Source: Isurus oxyrinchus (Eukaryota). From it: a stretch of 64,000 nucleotides of DNA. The first letter of the stretch is position 1. The number at the start of each line of letters is the position of its first letter. A model generated the notes under the pieces. The model was given only the letters and a program-made list of their open reading frames with translations, ran no database searches and was not told the origin of the DNA. The stretch is taken from contig JANJGN010000036.1 of the NCBI GenBank assembly GCA_026770705.1, forward strand, positions 3,596,001 through 3,660,000, in the 5' to 3' direction. Shown here piece by piece: positions 12,051 to 24,711 of this stretch. The translations under genes were made by a program, and so were the position numbers.

Positions 12051-12944
12051 ATGTTATGCAAGCTTCACGTAACGAAATGCCTTCAGATTTGAAAGGCTGG
12101 ATATCAATGTTAAGCTAGAGAGAGAAGGCGGCTTGCTCCAAAGATAGATTCAACCGAACAGCTGGTTTACAATGAACCTCATTTACAGCGCCCTTATCGA
12201 TGTGGCATCTGGTCACTGTTTATCTTCAATCCCGGTTTAGAATAAAATTTACAGGTTCCCAATAATATTCACAAATGATGCCTTCACTTCACCTGCGGCT
12301 CACAGCGAATACATTGTCTGTTACCCACACACAGGGAACACTGCAACAGCTCACCCAGGCTTTTAATGTAGTTTTCAATACAATCCACAGACAATTCACT
12401 CTATAGGTTCAAGTCTAGGTATTGAGGAGAATGTATCTAGAATATCAAGGTGCAATTCAGGTGAGGTTGTTGAGACTTATATTACTTTACATGAGACTTC
12501 ATTTTTGGGGTACATTTCATGCCGTCCCATTACAGAATGTTTCACGTAGTTAACAGAGAGCTTGTGTCAGTCTGCAGCATCTGATTTTATGTCAAATCCC
12601 ATTCATCCGTTTAATTGGAGTCGGGCAAAGTCCTCATCCTTCTCCTGATCTGATAATATAAACGATAAGCTAATGCCCATGATAGAATTTACCTGTCAGA
12701 CTTTACTGCGAATTTCCTGTTTTTTCCCTTCCAACGTTCTCCTTTAATTTAGTTTATCTCTACAATGAGGACATTCCGCCCTTCCCTGCCTGTCCCCTTC
12801 CTCTCACGCCCACCCAACCATTTTGCTTTCATATATTAGACAATGGAATTGCAGATAAGGCCAATCCCAACACAATGTTATTTTAGATTAATGTCAAAAT
12901 ATGTTTATTTGTGAGTGACAAATATGGAATCATTTTGGGCAGAA

Positions 12945-13305
12945 TGTGCCTTTGTGTCTGCGTGTTTCTGTGTGTATGTGTGCGTTTGTGTTCGTGTGTG
13001 CGCGTTTTTGTGTATCTGTGTGTGTGAGCCTGTTTGTGTGTGTGTGTATGTGTGTGTTTGTGTCTGTGCGTTTGTGCTTTTGTGTGTCTGTGTTTTTGTG
13101 TCTTTGGGTGCATGTGTGTATATGTGTGTGTGTGTGTGTTTGTGTCTGTGCGTGTGTGTGTTTGTGTGTCTGTGTGTCTTTGTGTGTGTTTGTGTTTCTA
13201 TGAGTGTGTGTTTGTGTGTGTCTGAGTGTATGTGTGTGTTTGTGTTTCTATGGGTGGGTGGAGGTTTGTGTGTGTGTGTTAATGTGTGTGTGTGTGTGAA
13301 TGTGA
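12945..13305 (+). repeat. Degenerate (TG)n microsatellite
   Basis: Direct inspection; explains several spurious ORFs. Confidence 0.95.
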
Positions 13306-13377
13306 TTGTCCGTACCTCAGTGGGTCGATGTTCATCTCTGTCACAACCCACCTCCCTCAGCCACCTAAACACCCCAC

Positions 13378-13800
13378 AGAGTCAGAAGTGGAGGGTTCGA
13401 GTCATCATGCTGGAGATTTGAGCAATAAGTGTAGACTGGCTCTTCACTGCAGACCCTAGGGAGCGCTGCAATGACGAAGGTGCCGCTTTCAGATTCTGTG
13501 TTAGACCTTGGCCCTTTCCTACGTCGGGCGGTGTGAAAGGTACACCGTCGCTATTCCGTGAAGAGGTGGGGTGGGGATTTGGTTGTCTCCTGTGACCTGA
13601 ACGATATTAAAATCTCTCGACCAACATCTAAAAACACATTTTCTAGGTCATAATCTCATTGTTTCTTTCCTGGGATCTTACTCTGCTCAATAAATCTAGC
13701 CCGTTACCAACATTACAAAGAGTGAGTGCACTACAAGAAGTGTCTGAAAAAATAAATGGGGTTGCTGAAACCTTGAAAAGCGTGATATTAACACAAGCCT
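13378..13800 (+). mobile_element. Deu-domain SINE (SacSINE1/AmnSINE-like)
   Basis: cagaagtggagggttcgagtc...ggagcgctgca...gaaggtgccgctttcagat; resembles the DeuSINE consensus as recalled. Confidence 0.6.
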
Positions 13801-14324
13801 TTTAATTGTGCCTGTGTTATTCTATCTGGATACGATTAATTCTGTGGGACCTCTCCAACGGCAGAGATGGCTTAGAGCAAAACATGGTAATGTGATTGGC
13901 GAGTTAACATCAATGCAATCCAATAAAATTGAGATTCATCACCCCAATTTTCTGATTACACCTTGGTGATTTCTGTATTAAGTTGCTTCCCGAATTCTGC
14001 TTCTCTATTCCAATACATTCATTCAGGCAATTCTTGCAACGGCACATTTAGCAAAACATTATAAAACTAAATAGGGAACAATGAAAGCAGAGATAATAAT
14101 ACATTTCAAAAGGCAGCATATTTGTGGCAGAAAAATGCAAAGATATGGTGAAGGACATGAGTTCACTTGGACGAATTGGGTTACTTTTTCAAAGAGTTGG
14201 CACAGGCACCATGGCCCGAATGGCTTCCTTCTGTGCTGTATCATTCTATGATTCGATCAAGCATTATTACACAGATAACCTGACCTCACCTTTAACTACT
14301 TTTGAATGTGAATACATATCCTAG

Positions 14325-14430
14325 TCTCAGGGCGGCCCTCCCTAAACACTTCCTGGAGTTTGCTGCATTGAAAAATAAATCACAATGAAGACGGGATGCA
14401 GATAAGAACCTGCACATTGTCTCTCTGATG
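14325..14430 (+). pseudogene. Orphan type-B terminal cytoplasmic exon (degenerate)
   Basis: ag|TCTCAGGGCGGCCCTCCCTAA... homologous to 24712-24792 and 42035-42139; the Tyr position is a stop codon and a frameshift follows. Confidence 0.7.
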
Positions 14431-16732
14431 AATTATGGAGGAAGCAGGATTTCCAAATAACCCGCACCCTGTTGGACACAAAACGGAGACATGGAGACCC
14501 GCATAATTCAAGTAAACTACTCCCACCAGAATTTACAAAACACTGTCTCCTTTTGTGAAATATGGAATAAGTTGTTTTCAGGATTGTTGAGGGTATGCCA
14601 CTGTCTTCGTGTAATTCAAATGTGAAAGAAACACTGAACAAATCTTAGGGACATTCTTCAGTTTCTCTGGACCTTTTCTGCTGAACCTGAAATTCCAGTT
14701 AATGACAGGATTTCTATTGCTTTGCAAACGTCGTATGGAAGTAAATAAAATAAATTATTTTTCCATTATAACGATTCATCAGAGGTTTGCATCTATCAAT
14801 AATTAGCTTATAATTCAAAGTCAAATGGATGAAACTGCAAATCATGTTGAGCTGACAATATCCACACTGGATTGAGATGGTTTGGTGCTGGTGTTCTCTG
14901 CGCGAGGTGTGATGTGTTTAATCATTTACATAATTAGATCACAGCAGGAGATGGGGACGGGCCCTCATGCAGGAACCTTGTGATGGCTCCATTTTACTTT
15001 TACACAGTGTGTTCTTCTTTGAGATTAGTATTAAATACATATGGCAGAGCCTTTGGTTCAGTGCAGTGTGTTTTGGAAGAAGAGGTGATTTTGCAGCTAT
15101 GTTTCCCCAAGCCGATCACCACTGGAGTATTCAATCCTCATGCTTGGAATGTTGTAGACAAATTAATAGGGATTTATTGCCATAGCAACCTATTATCATC
15201 GTACCACTGAACTGCCAGTTTGATAGGGTGCAACCTAGATTGATTGTTTTTTTTTCCATTTGCCTGTTTTTATTTCTCTATTTTCCTGATCCCAGGTTTG
15301 CAAAAATTTGCTACGATGTTTTCTTTCAGAGAGATAGAGGATTACCCCACAGCCGGGCAAACTTCATTGTCGATCAGGGTCATATCAGTGTAAATATTCT
15401 CATTGTCTTTACTCTGGAATCAAAATGTAAAGACAAATGAGACGGACGAGCAACAAAAACAGCTCCTGCTAAAGTCACTTTCAAGGTCCATCTCCCAGAA
15501 ACTTTCCAATAAACTTGTCGAGGATTTAACTGAGCTCCTGACTGTGCTGACCTTGTTAATGTGAATTTAGTTTGTATTGTAGTGTTACTTACACCAGATA
15601 TATGTTTACCAGGACTCGACTTAAGAAGGTTAAACTACAAGAAAAGGATGCTCAGACTTGTTTTGCATTCCCTCCATGATGATGTTTCAAGACCTCACGA
15701 GCCTCCTCCCACCCCCACTGCATCCCGCGCCATCAACAAATCATTCCATTCATTTTTCTCTCATGTGATTATTCAAGTTCCACTGAAAAGCACGTCTGAT
15801 TGTCACCTCAACTTATCCCCCTGGGATTAAGTTCCGCATTACACCCACACCCTAGGTAAACAAGAGTGTCATGAATTCCCCACTGGATGTATTAGTGAAT
15901 ATCTAAAACTGATGGCCTATCGTTCTGGTCACCCCCTCAAGTATCCAATCATTACACAATTTTAAAGACCGTTATCGGGTCACCCCCTCAGTCTACCCTT
16001 TTCTGGAGAAAAGATTGCCAGCCTGTTCAATCCTACCTGAAATCATGAACTCTCATTCCAGTTATCATTCTACTAGAATTGTTCCCAAATTTTAAACCGC
16101 ACACATCTCTTATATAAAGATATCCTGAATTGCAGATTCAATGAGCACATTTGGACTGAGCGACCAAAAAAATTCAAAAGACAAACGCAGTGCTTGGATT
16201 TCAAAACCTGCTTTAATGGGTTGGTAAATTCGACATTGATGCTCTCTTTCCTGTTCATGCTGAAACAAAGATCCACAATTAACTTTAAAAAAACTCTAAC
16301 ACAACAAAGTAACACGTGTAAAAACTGAGCAGAAAGGTAAAATTTCCTAATGTCCACATTCTCTTGAAATGGAGCCGGTTCTATTAGGCATGCAGTCTCT
16401 CCAGTAGGCGATACATTGCCTCATTATTACTGATAAATCTGCTTTCAGAATTTGGGATGCCATTCTATTAGGAAGGTTCACACATCCAGGCTTTCCACCA
16501 ATGAGGACGAAAAAACAGGAAACTTTCCAGAGCTTGTCATATCCCGGATGCAGCATATGAGCTGTCAATTTCCATTGCTATCAGAGTGTGGGGTCCGCAT
16601 TAACCGCCAGTCGAGCAAAAAGAGTCTGCAACAGAATGCACAGACAGTGATCATGAGAAACAGCATCATCAGGGGGCAGAGAGCGGACATTCAGCCCTTC
16701 GAGCCTTTCCCGCTAGACAGTTAAATCATTTT

Positions 16733-17399
16733 GGATCCGCATCTCAATCCTATTTACCCTCGTTGCTACCATAACACTTAATCCAACGAAAATCTATCAC
16801 ACTGTGTTTCAGCATTTTCAGCTGACCCCTCATTTAATTTTGTTTACATGTGTTTTCAACGTGCTATTGAAAAGGTAAACTCTGTTATCTTAAAGCATGC
16901 GCCATGCAAAGTCTCATAAACACATATGACTGTAACCAGAAACCTTCAAACTTGAATTTAAAATCTGCCACCCCTATTTACACTCGCAAAGAGGGGGTGG
17001 GGGGGGGGGTCAGATGTCCCTTTTTGGGACATAGTCTCGGGGAGGGGGTGGGGGGGGGGTCAGATGTCCCTTTTTGGGACATAGTCTCGGGGGGGGGCGG
17101 TGGGGGGGGGGGGGGTCAGATGTCCCTTTTTGGGACATAGGATCCGCATCTCAATCCTATTTACCCTCGTTGCTACCATAACACTTAATCCAACGAAAAT
17201 CTATCACACTGTGTTTCAGCATTTTCAGCTGACCCCTCATTTAATTTTGTTTACATGTGTTTTCAACGTGCTATTGAAAAGGTAAACTCTGTTATCTTAA
17301 AGCATGCGCCATGCAAAGTCTCATAAACACATATGACTGTAACCAGAAACCTTCAAACTTGAATTTAAAATCTGCCACCCCTATTTACACTCGCAAAGA
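16733..17399 (+). repeat. 260-bp exact duplication (16733-16992 / 17140-17399) flanking three G-run/hairpin units
   Basis: The two copies read identical by eye; insert 16993-17139 is three copies of Gn-tcagATGTCCCtttttGGGACATag(tctc). Confidence 0.9.
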
Positions 17400-18654
17400 A
17401 CGATTTCTATTCATAGTTACTGCCTTTTCTTCTGTACGTGCTCTGGAATATTTCAGTTCCTTATCAATGTTCATGTTGCCTGTTAGGAAGAGGATTTTAA
17501 AATGAGTGTAACTGTCCACATTTCACACTGAACCGGCTGAAAGTGTACACAGTAGATACATTAAGAGCACTCCTGAGTTACAACATCTCCCTACAATGTC
17601 TACGTGCCTGCCGGTTCTTGCAGATCCTTCTCCCGGCGAGCAAGACTAACTCCAGAAGGAATACCGCCACCAACAATCTCCTGGAATGCAAGAAACTGCA
17701 GGGGGCAGGTAGCGGTGAATCTGGAGAGCAAATAAAAAAAACATTGTATTTGAGAATAAATCCCGTAACTGAAGCCTTTTGACTCTGACAGAACGTTCAA
17801 GTAGATTCTAGCACACGGGTGCTAGAGATGGGCAAATAATGTCAGTCTTGTTAATATCATCATCTCCAGGTCATGAAAAAAAAAGCTGAAACACATTGGA
17901 AAGCGAATTTAAAAAGCTGAAATCAGATGGATGGATATGGAGAGATAAATAGAGTTAGAGGCACAATTATAGAGAGAGATAGATGGATGGATCGATAGAA
18001 GGATAATTGGATAGATAGAAAGACAGACGGACAGGTAGACAGAGAGGCAGGTAGATAGATACACACATACATACTCATGTACACAGATTAATACATACAT
18101 ACATCAATATATGTAAGGACAATAATATGATAGCACTACACAAGAATGACCAGAGTGGTGTGGGACACAGGATGAAGCAATGGGGCCTCCAAGTTTCTGC
18201 TGACTCTTCAAAGTCCAAATTGCAATTCAGAACTTCCAAACCCCATCAAATTCATCCATCCCCTGCATTCATCTAACTTTCTATCCATCTTTCCACATCT
18301 ACTACAAGCTGTGCGCTTTACTATTTCCCAATAGCCATCTTCTGAGGCAACATGAAGTCCTTCTGGAAATCCATTCACGTAATATCGAACGTATTCTCTT
18401 TAAATATCCATTCAGATATTTCTTCAGCATAAAAGCTCTATTCAACTCTTTAAACATAACCACGCTTCCACAAACCGGTGCGGGCTGACCTTAACTACCT
18501 CATCTACTGGGAAATGCTCACCTATTTCATTTAGAATAATGGATGGTAGAAGTTTGCCCAGTCATGTTAGACTGAGTTGCTTATAGTTCCCAAACTGACT
18601 TCTATGCTCTGCTTTTGATTCAACTTTAGGATTAGAAGGTTTTTGCTAGGAATG

Positions 18655-18810
18655 ATGAGGATTAGGGTTAGGGTTCTGCTTAGGTTTGGGTAAGGTTTAG
18701 GGCTAGCATAAGGGTGAGGATTAGGGCTGGGATTTTGGTTCGGGTTCGGATCAGGTTTCACGTCAAGGTTAGGATTAGGGTTAGGATTAGTGTTAGAGCT
18801 AGGGTTATAC
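18655..18810 (+). repeat. Degenerate interstitial (TTAGGG)n telomere-like repeat
   Basis: attagggttagggtt...ttaggattagggttaggattag. Confidence 0.75.
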
Positions 18811-18999
18811 ACTCACTGGAAATGAGTCTAAATCGGATATATGAACAGAGTGAAATTGGTTACAGACACACACACACATGGCATTAGAAACAGAGTTTAA
18901 AAGGCCACAACAAGCAACTCACCCAGCACTGGGAGTAATGCCTAAAAAAATGAAATGAAAAATAGAAAAACCTTTGTTGAAGTTAAAATTTGATTAGAT

Positions 19000-19560
19000 G
19001 GACAACACTTGTAGTCATGTGAACAACTTTCATCTCCAGAGTATAAAAACAATATACAGCATTGGAAAGGGGGTAACAAAAATCCTTTACCCGGATGACA
19101 TCAACGCTGAGAGGTTATAATTATCAGAAATCTTGAAAAGACTTGGGTACTTTTATCTACAAAAGAACAGACGAAAGGTTCACCTGATGGAGATCTTTAG
19201 GCTTTTGAAGTGATATGTGAGGTTAGAAGTAGAAACATTTTTTCAACTTGTGTAGGGTAGAGAACCGGTCTCTGGGCCATCAATAAATAACAGTCCCTAA
19301 TATCTCCAATCAGGGATTGAGGAGAAATTTATATACCCAAAGAATAGGGAGAATGTGGAACTCGTTACTACAAGGAGTGGTTAAGGTGGATAGCACAGAT
19401 GCATTTAGGGCAAAGCTGGATAAACACATGAGGGCGAAAGGAAAAGAAGGATATGTTGATTCTGTGATTTAAAGTGGGAACGGAGAGGGCTTGCACGGAG
19501 CATAAATAGCAGCACGGAGCAGAGGAGCCGAATGGTCCGTCTCTGTCCTGGAAACTCTGT
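19000..19560 (+). mobile_element. CR1 LINE 3' end fragment
   Basis: Typical CR1 C-terminus and 3' UTR (gaatgtggaactcgttactacaaggagtggttaagg...gccgaatggtccgtctctgt). Confidence 0.6.
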
Positions 19561-20699
19561 GGAATATCGATAAAAACAGAGAGGAATCGGCGGAGAAAGT
19601 AGTAAACGGAAAACTGGGGTGTTATTTTATCATTGACATTCTAGAAGGTCCTTTATCCCGCCATACACATTAATCCCAAGGAGACAGATAGATGAATATT
19701 TCATAAAGCTTTACACTGGGAAAATGAGATGTCTTAGAGAGGGGTCATTGACAGATGGGTAGGGGGAATATTTAACTTTCAAAGAGATATTGCCAAATAT
19801 AAGCGGCATATAAACTAAAGCAGGAAACTATTAATAGCCAACTCTCTCAGACAAGGAACTTTCACTGAGAAGAGTTTCACTGGAGTTGATTTTAACAGCT
19901 GAAGTAAAGCGAGAGCAGCTGCTCCAATTCCCGCCCGGAGAATGATATGGCTCCTGACGGCATAAGTTCCGTCCATTTCGATGGTCCCAAAGTCGCTCTG
20001 CCGCTCAGTATCGCTTCCGCAATCATTCAAGCGGACAGCAAACGAATCGGTGTCCACACCCTTCACCAAACACACCAAAGGGACCCTTTCCATTGAGGCA
20101 ATTTCAGCTGGTGGTGGAGTTAAGAGGTAGATTATTGGAGATCCTGGCGGGACAGAGAGATAGGATTCAATCGCTATTGGGTATAAACTGTTGATTAGTT
20201 ATGGTGCAAAGTGTAAAATAATCGTAATGTTTACCTGTAATGAGCAACTTGGAACTTCCAAACATCAAGGGCCGAGCTCATTAGCTGAACAGTAATACAC
20301 ACCCGAATTATTGCATGTCCGAAATGACCAGAGAATGGAGAGTGTATGTCTGGATAACCTCTCCCGGCAATTTCCCAGTTGGAGAGTTGTATTTTGTCAC
20401 GGCGTAAACAAGTTGTCGATTCTCCTGGTGCTGATATTGATACCACTGGACTGCTCCCCCTGCCAGCCAGCCGGTGTGACAATGCACCTCGTAGGGAATT
20501 CCAAGCGAGAGACTGTGGGCCGCCGGAGTCTGGGATAAAACTGCCTTAGTTACAATAACTGAGAGGGACAAAAATCAACACTAGAGGTTCTGTTGTGGCA
20601 GCGAAGGAGAACGTGTTTCCCCTGCAGAATTGGCTACAGCAGTAAACTATAAAACAGACCAACCCCTCACTCATAAATCCGGTGGACTCAAGCGCTGAA

Positions 20700-21170
20700 G
20701 GTTGTATTTGAAACAATTGCAGGCGCCAAAATGAAAGAGAAACGGGTTTGCAGCCAGTGAAGGTTTTTTCAAGTGCAGCCGCTGTTGTAAAACAGGGAAT
20801 TCGGAAAATTTGCGCACAGCAAGATTCCACACACAGCGATGTGATATTCACCCAGATTGTTTTTTCTGACGTTGTTTGAGGGATAAAATCTGTCCCGGGG
20901 AGGCCGAGGAAAACAATCAGCCCCCGGATCATCAAACGACCCTGTCCCCACACACCCACCCCGCGTCCACCCACCCCCCCCCCCCACCACCCAATATCGC
21001 CCGCCCCACACCACCCATCCCTCTGCGTATCCCAACCCCAACCGCCACACATCCCCCCCCCCCGCCCCCCACCACCACCCGCGGCGTTGCCCCGGCTCTT
21101 TGCTTCCTGGGGAAATGGAGCACTTTTCACACCAAAGGGGCAGACAGGGGATCTCGGTTCACCACGTAAT
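20700..21170 (-). mobile_element. Deu-domain SINE in intron 1 of A2, with G-rich expansion
   Basis: Antisense of the SINE at 13378 and 57410. Confidence 0.55.
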
Positions 21171-22029
21171 CCGATTGTTTGGAGAATGGTGACATGTGGT
21201 CGATTATAATCGGGTGGGATCATGTTTTTCTTCAACGTTAAGCTAATATGATAGGCTGTAGTTGTAGGAGTAATTTTACACCTGACTGAATACCTCAGTG
21301 GCCTCAAAATTGTAGTGAGAATTTTCTGAATGAAGAATGAAGAAGACACAAACCTGAAACAGATGCAGCAACGCGCAGGATATTAACAATCTCATGTTCG
21401 GCACTCCCAGACAGGTCGCTGTGGTATTTACACCGTCTCTTCTCTCCGGTGTCTCTGTGCTCGGCCTCAGGGCACGGAAGACATGGGGAAATTGCACATT
21501 TTGCAGAGATTATATGCACCGTTCAACATTAGCATACTGGAAAAATCAGCCCCTGTAACTGTTGGCTGAAGGTTTCCTGTTTACAGGTTTGGAGCCCACG
21601 CACAGCTCCGCCTGCAAAGGGCAACATGTTACAGCTCGTGTGAAAAGCCTGTGAAAGGCGGGACGCGGCCCCGTGTGGCTCAAACTGTAGGCAGAAGGCA
21701 ATGGTGCTGAACTCAACAACATTAATGCTTGTGACGTTTGCGTGGGCGCAGGTTTAACGCCCCCATATCCGAGCGTTGTGTTTAATTCCTCCACAACACA
21801 CTAATTTATTCTGATCACCACAAAAGTAACATGCCAGATTGAAGAAAGCTAGAATCAGATGTTAATACTTTAGTCACTGTTTCACCCAATACCTGTCTCC
21901 CCGCCTGTAACTTTGTGTCAGAATTACTCCCTCACTCGCACCCAAGCCCCTTGCACCAATTACCCTGGATCTGTAATATAGCCATTCTCTGAGTGGGACC
22001 CTGTACTGCCAGGAGGGCAGAGTTGCATA

Positions 22030-22630
22030 GAAAGCTACTGTGAGGTGGAAAGTGAATCTGGGTCGATTTAATTGCTGGAGTGTCCCATATCAAGCTGGAA
22101 ACGTTCCAGCCCTTGGCCATACAGCAGCGATACACTCACAAAACTTTTAGATATAGTCACCATTATTTGTTGGAGAAATTTTGTTCAGAGTGGAGCAAAA
22201 TCTCTTTTAAGCGTGTGGAACAGGATATACGAAACAGAAGAGAATGTACCAAACCAAGCTTTACTGTAGAGAAAGTGTGGGCGCAGCGGTGCTCCGATGG
22301 ATAGACAGGGGTTATAGAATGAAGGCGGCTAGACAGAGTTAAAGTATCGATCAATAGCCTGATTTACTTGCAGAACAAATTCAATTCAGAGGATGTATGG
22401 CCTCCTCCTGCTGCATTGTTCCAGTAGGATTAGGAGGTCAAATTAGTAAAAGATAAGTTGAGTACTGATATCAGAAGGTCTATGGCAATTAGACTGATTA
22501 ACAATGGGAACTGTTCTCTGGGTAGGACGAATGGTGTGGCCAGTTGGGGGTTGAGTATTGGCGTGGATGGTGAAAGCCACTGAAATTATTTAGGAAACAG
22601 GTGTTGTTCTGATGTTTGAGGGAGGCATAA
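22030..22630 (+). mobile_element. CR1/L2-like LINE 3' fragment
   Basis: Degenerate ORF2 C-terminus-like sequence; approximate. Confidence 0.45.
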
Positions 22631-23002
22631 CGTTTCTGGATGGATGAACAGTGTATAGTGAACAATCTTTTCCATCTGCATCTTGTAAAAATGCTCTCTA
22701 AATTATTTTTACAATATTTGTGCAAAATCTAATTTCACAGCAGAACAAACGATAATAATTTGATAATATTTCTAACCAGTAGAACACGACTGACAAGAGA
22801 TTGTAGGATCCAATTATCCAGTCATCTTAACAACAACGGCCTCCAGCTTTTTAAAGTTTTGAAATAAATTCTCAGGGAAACAAACTCTCAATTTTTAGTC
22901 ATGCATTTCACTAATCTTCTAATGTGAGGAGTAAATTGTGTTAACGTTCCCAAATTATTAACATCACCAGCAATCCGCTTTCAGGTGTAAGTGTTTTGCG
23001 TC

Positions 23003-24602
23003 ACCTTCCTGTTCCTCTCCTGTTGTGTTCTAATCGTGCAAATCATTAACACAGCTCCTCTCAGACAGAGAAACCCACAACTACCAGCATCTCAACCCAG
23101 GACTGATTTTGCCATCTCAACTCAAATTGCAGTTTCACCCAGGTGACATTTAAGAATAAGCTAAATATTGATCAAAACAAACCTCTACTGTGTCGTTAAA
23201 ATCGAAGATTAATTTATTTTATTTACATACAGACATTTGCAAAGAAATAATATCCCTGTCAGTAACAGGAGTTACAGAGTCCGAATAAAAGATTGAGAAA
23301 AACTCAAGAAAGTCCCGAATCTTTGCTCAAAGTTAAGTTCACACATAAATTATACTAATGCAGTTTAATATAATTTGCAATATTCAATGCAACCTATTTC
23401 ATACTTTATTAAAAATGAGCAAGTCTTTGTAAGCCCTGACGATTGCACGGGAAAAGCTGTCCCTGTAATTTAAACATTATAGCTCCTATATTGTCCTGTT
23501 GAGCTTAGATCTGATTTGCATAACCCTTCTGCATAATCAAAATTCACATACACATGAATGCCACTGTTAAGAGTTCATTCTTATCCACAAGAGATTTATT
23601 GGACAGTTCCTGGGATATGAATCTTGAAAGATTTTTAACAGGGAGTTCTTTGTTCTGCCGGAATCTGACCCGTTTCCATTATCTGATCGTGGAGTAATGA
23701 GAATGGGAATATGCAGACTGATGTGACTTTGATCGGTATTGCACTGTAAGCCCCAGGTGTGGTGTCCTCCTTCCCTTTCTCTCCCTGTCTCTCTCTGTCT
23801 CTAACTGAATATCTTGTTGTTAATGTTTGCAAAGCAAGGATTAGCAAAACAGTAATATCTAGACTGAAAAATACGAAATTCCATCAATATTGCATTCCAT
23901 CATGCTGTCAGTTACATTATACAATGATAACTGGGTTTCCATGGCAATACATTTCTATCAATTTGCCCACAATATCCCAGACATGAGAGGACAATCCTCT
24001 AGTGGTGGGGATTTTGGGGAACCATTATTCCTCAGTCACCAGTTTTTTTCCAAAACAAACTGCACTCACCCCGTTTCTCGAAATTGTAGGCTTAAACTTA
24101 AATACAAACAAAAAAAAACTGTGTAAAAGTAAATTTGAACCCTCATACGTCTCCTGCATCTGCTTCCTGTTCCTCTACTGTTGTGTTCTAATCCTGCAAA
24201 TCATAACTCTCAGATACAGAAACGCACAACAACAGCATCTCAACCCAGGACTGATATTGCCATCTCAAAATTAATTGCAGTTTCAGCCAGGTAACATTTA
24301 ATTATAAGCTAAGTATTGATCAAACCAAATTTCTATTGTGTCGTTAAAATCGAAGAATAATTTATTTTATTTACATACATACATTTGCAGTGAAATAATA
24401 ACCCTTTCTCTAACTGAAGTTACAGGGTGCGCATAAATGATTGAGAGAAACACAAAGTCCCTAATTTTAGCTCAATGTTACTTTCACTCTTGAATTACAC
24501 TAATACAGTAGAATACACTTCACAATATTCAAGGCAACCTATTTGATACGTTTTTAAAAATGAACCGTCTTTGTAAGCCCTGACGATTGCAGGGGTAAAG
24601 CT
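23003..24602 (+). repeat. About 450-bp direct duplication (23003-23460 and 24161-24602) of the type-B 3' flank
   Basis: cttcctgttcctct...cagcatctcaacccaggactgat...aagccctgacgattgca occurs twice; also matches 63855-64000 and, inverted, about 14740-14900. Confidence 0.85.
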
Positions 24603-24711
24603 TAATTGTTTGATGGGGATCTCCATGGCTCAAAGGTTATTTGTACAAGGCTGTGGGTTCATTGGCAAGTCCTCTCTCCTCCATAATTCATCGGACAGAA
24701 AAATCCGGATC

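Larger units (their letters stand above)
16581..21395 (-). pseudogene. Gene A2 (type A) pseudogene
   Basis: Leader 21395-21354 (MRLLISCALLHLFQ, 1 nt short); V 20558-20235 with frameshifts and stop; C 20143-19842 with frameshift and GT>TT donor; TM 17720-17604; cytoplasmic 17479-17421; terminal 16625-16581 TLFARLAVNADPTL*. Confidence 0.88.

Noticed and set aside
12883-13421. Several long ORFs
   Set aside because: Artefacts of the (TG)n microsatellite
16993-17139. CRISPR-like palindromic repeats
   Set aside because: Eukaryotic context, the spacers are poly-G rather than unique, and there are no cas genes
18923-18941. Micro-exon-like segment (tttttttag...GTGAGT) between the A2 C and TM exons
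   Set aside because: 19 nt is frame-breaking and no homolog was found in the intact A genes
20546-21349. 267-aa ORF on the minus strand
   Set aside because: Spans intron 1 of pseudogene A2, made of SINE and G-rich sequence, with no domain features
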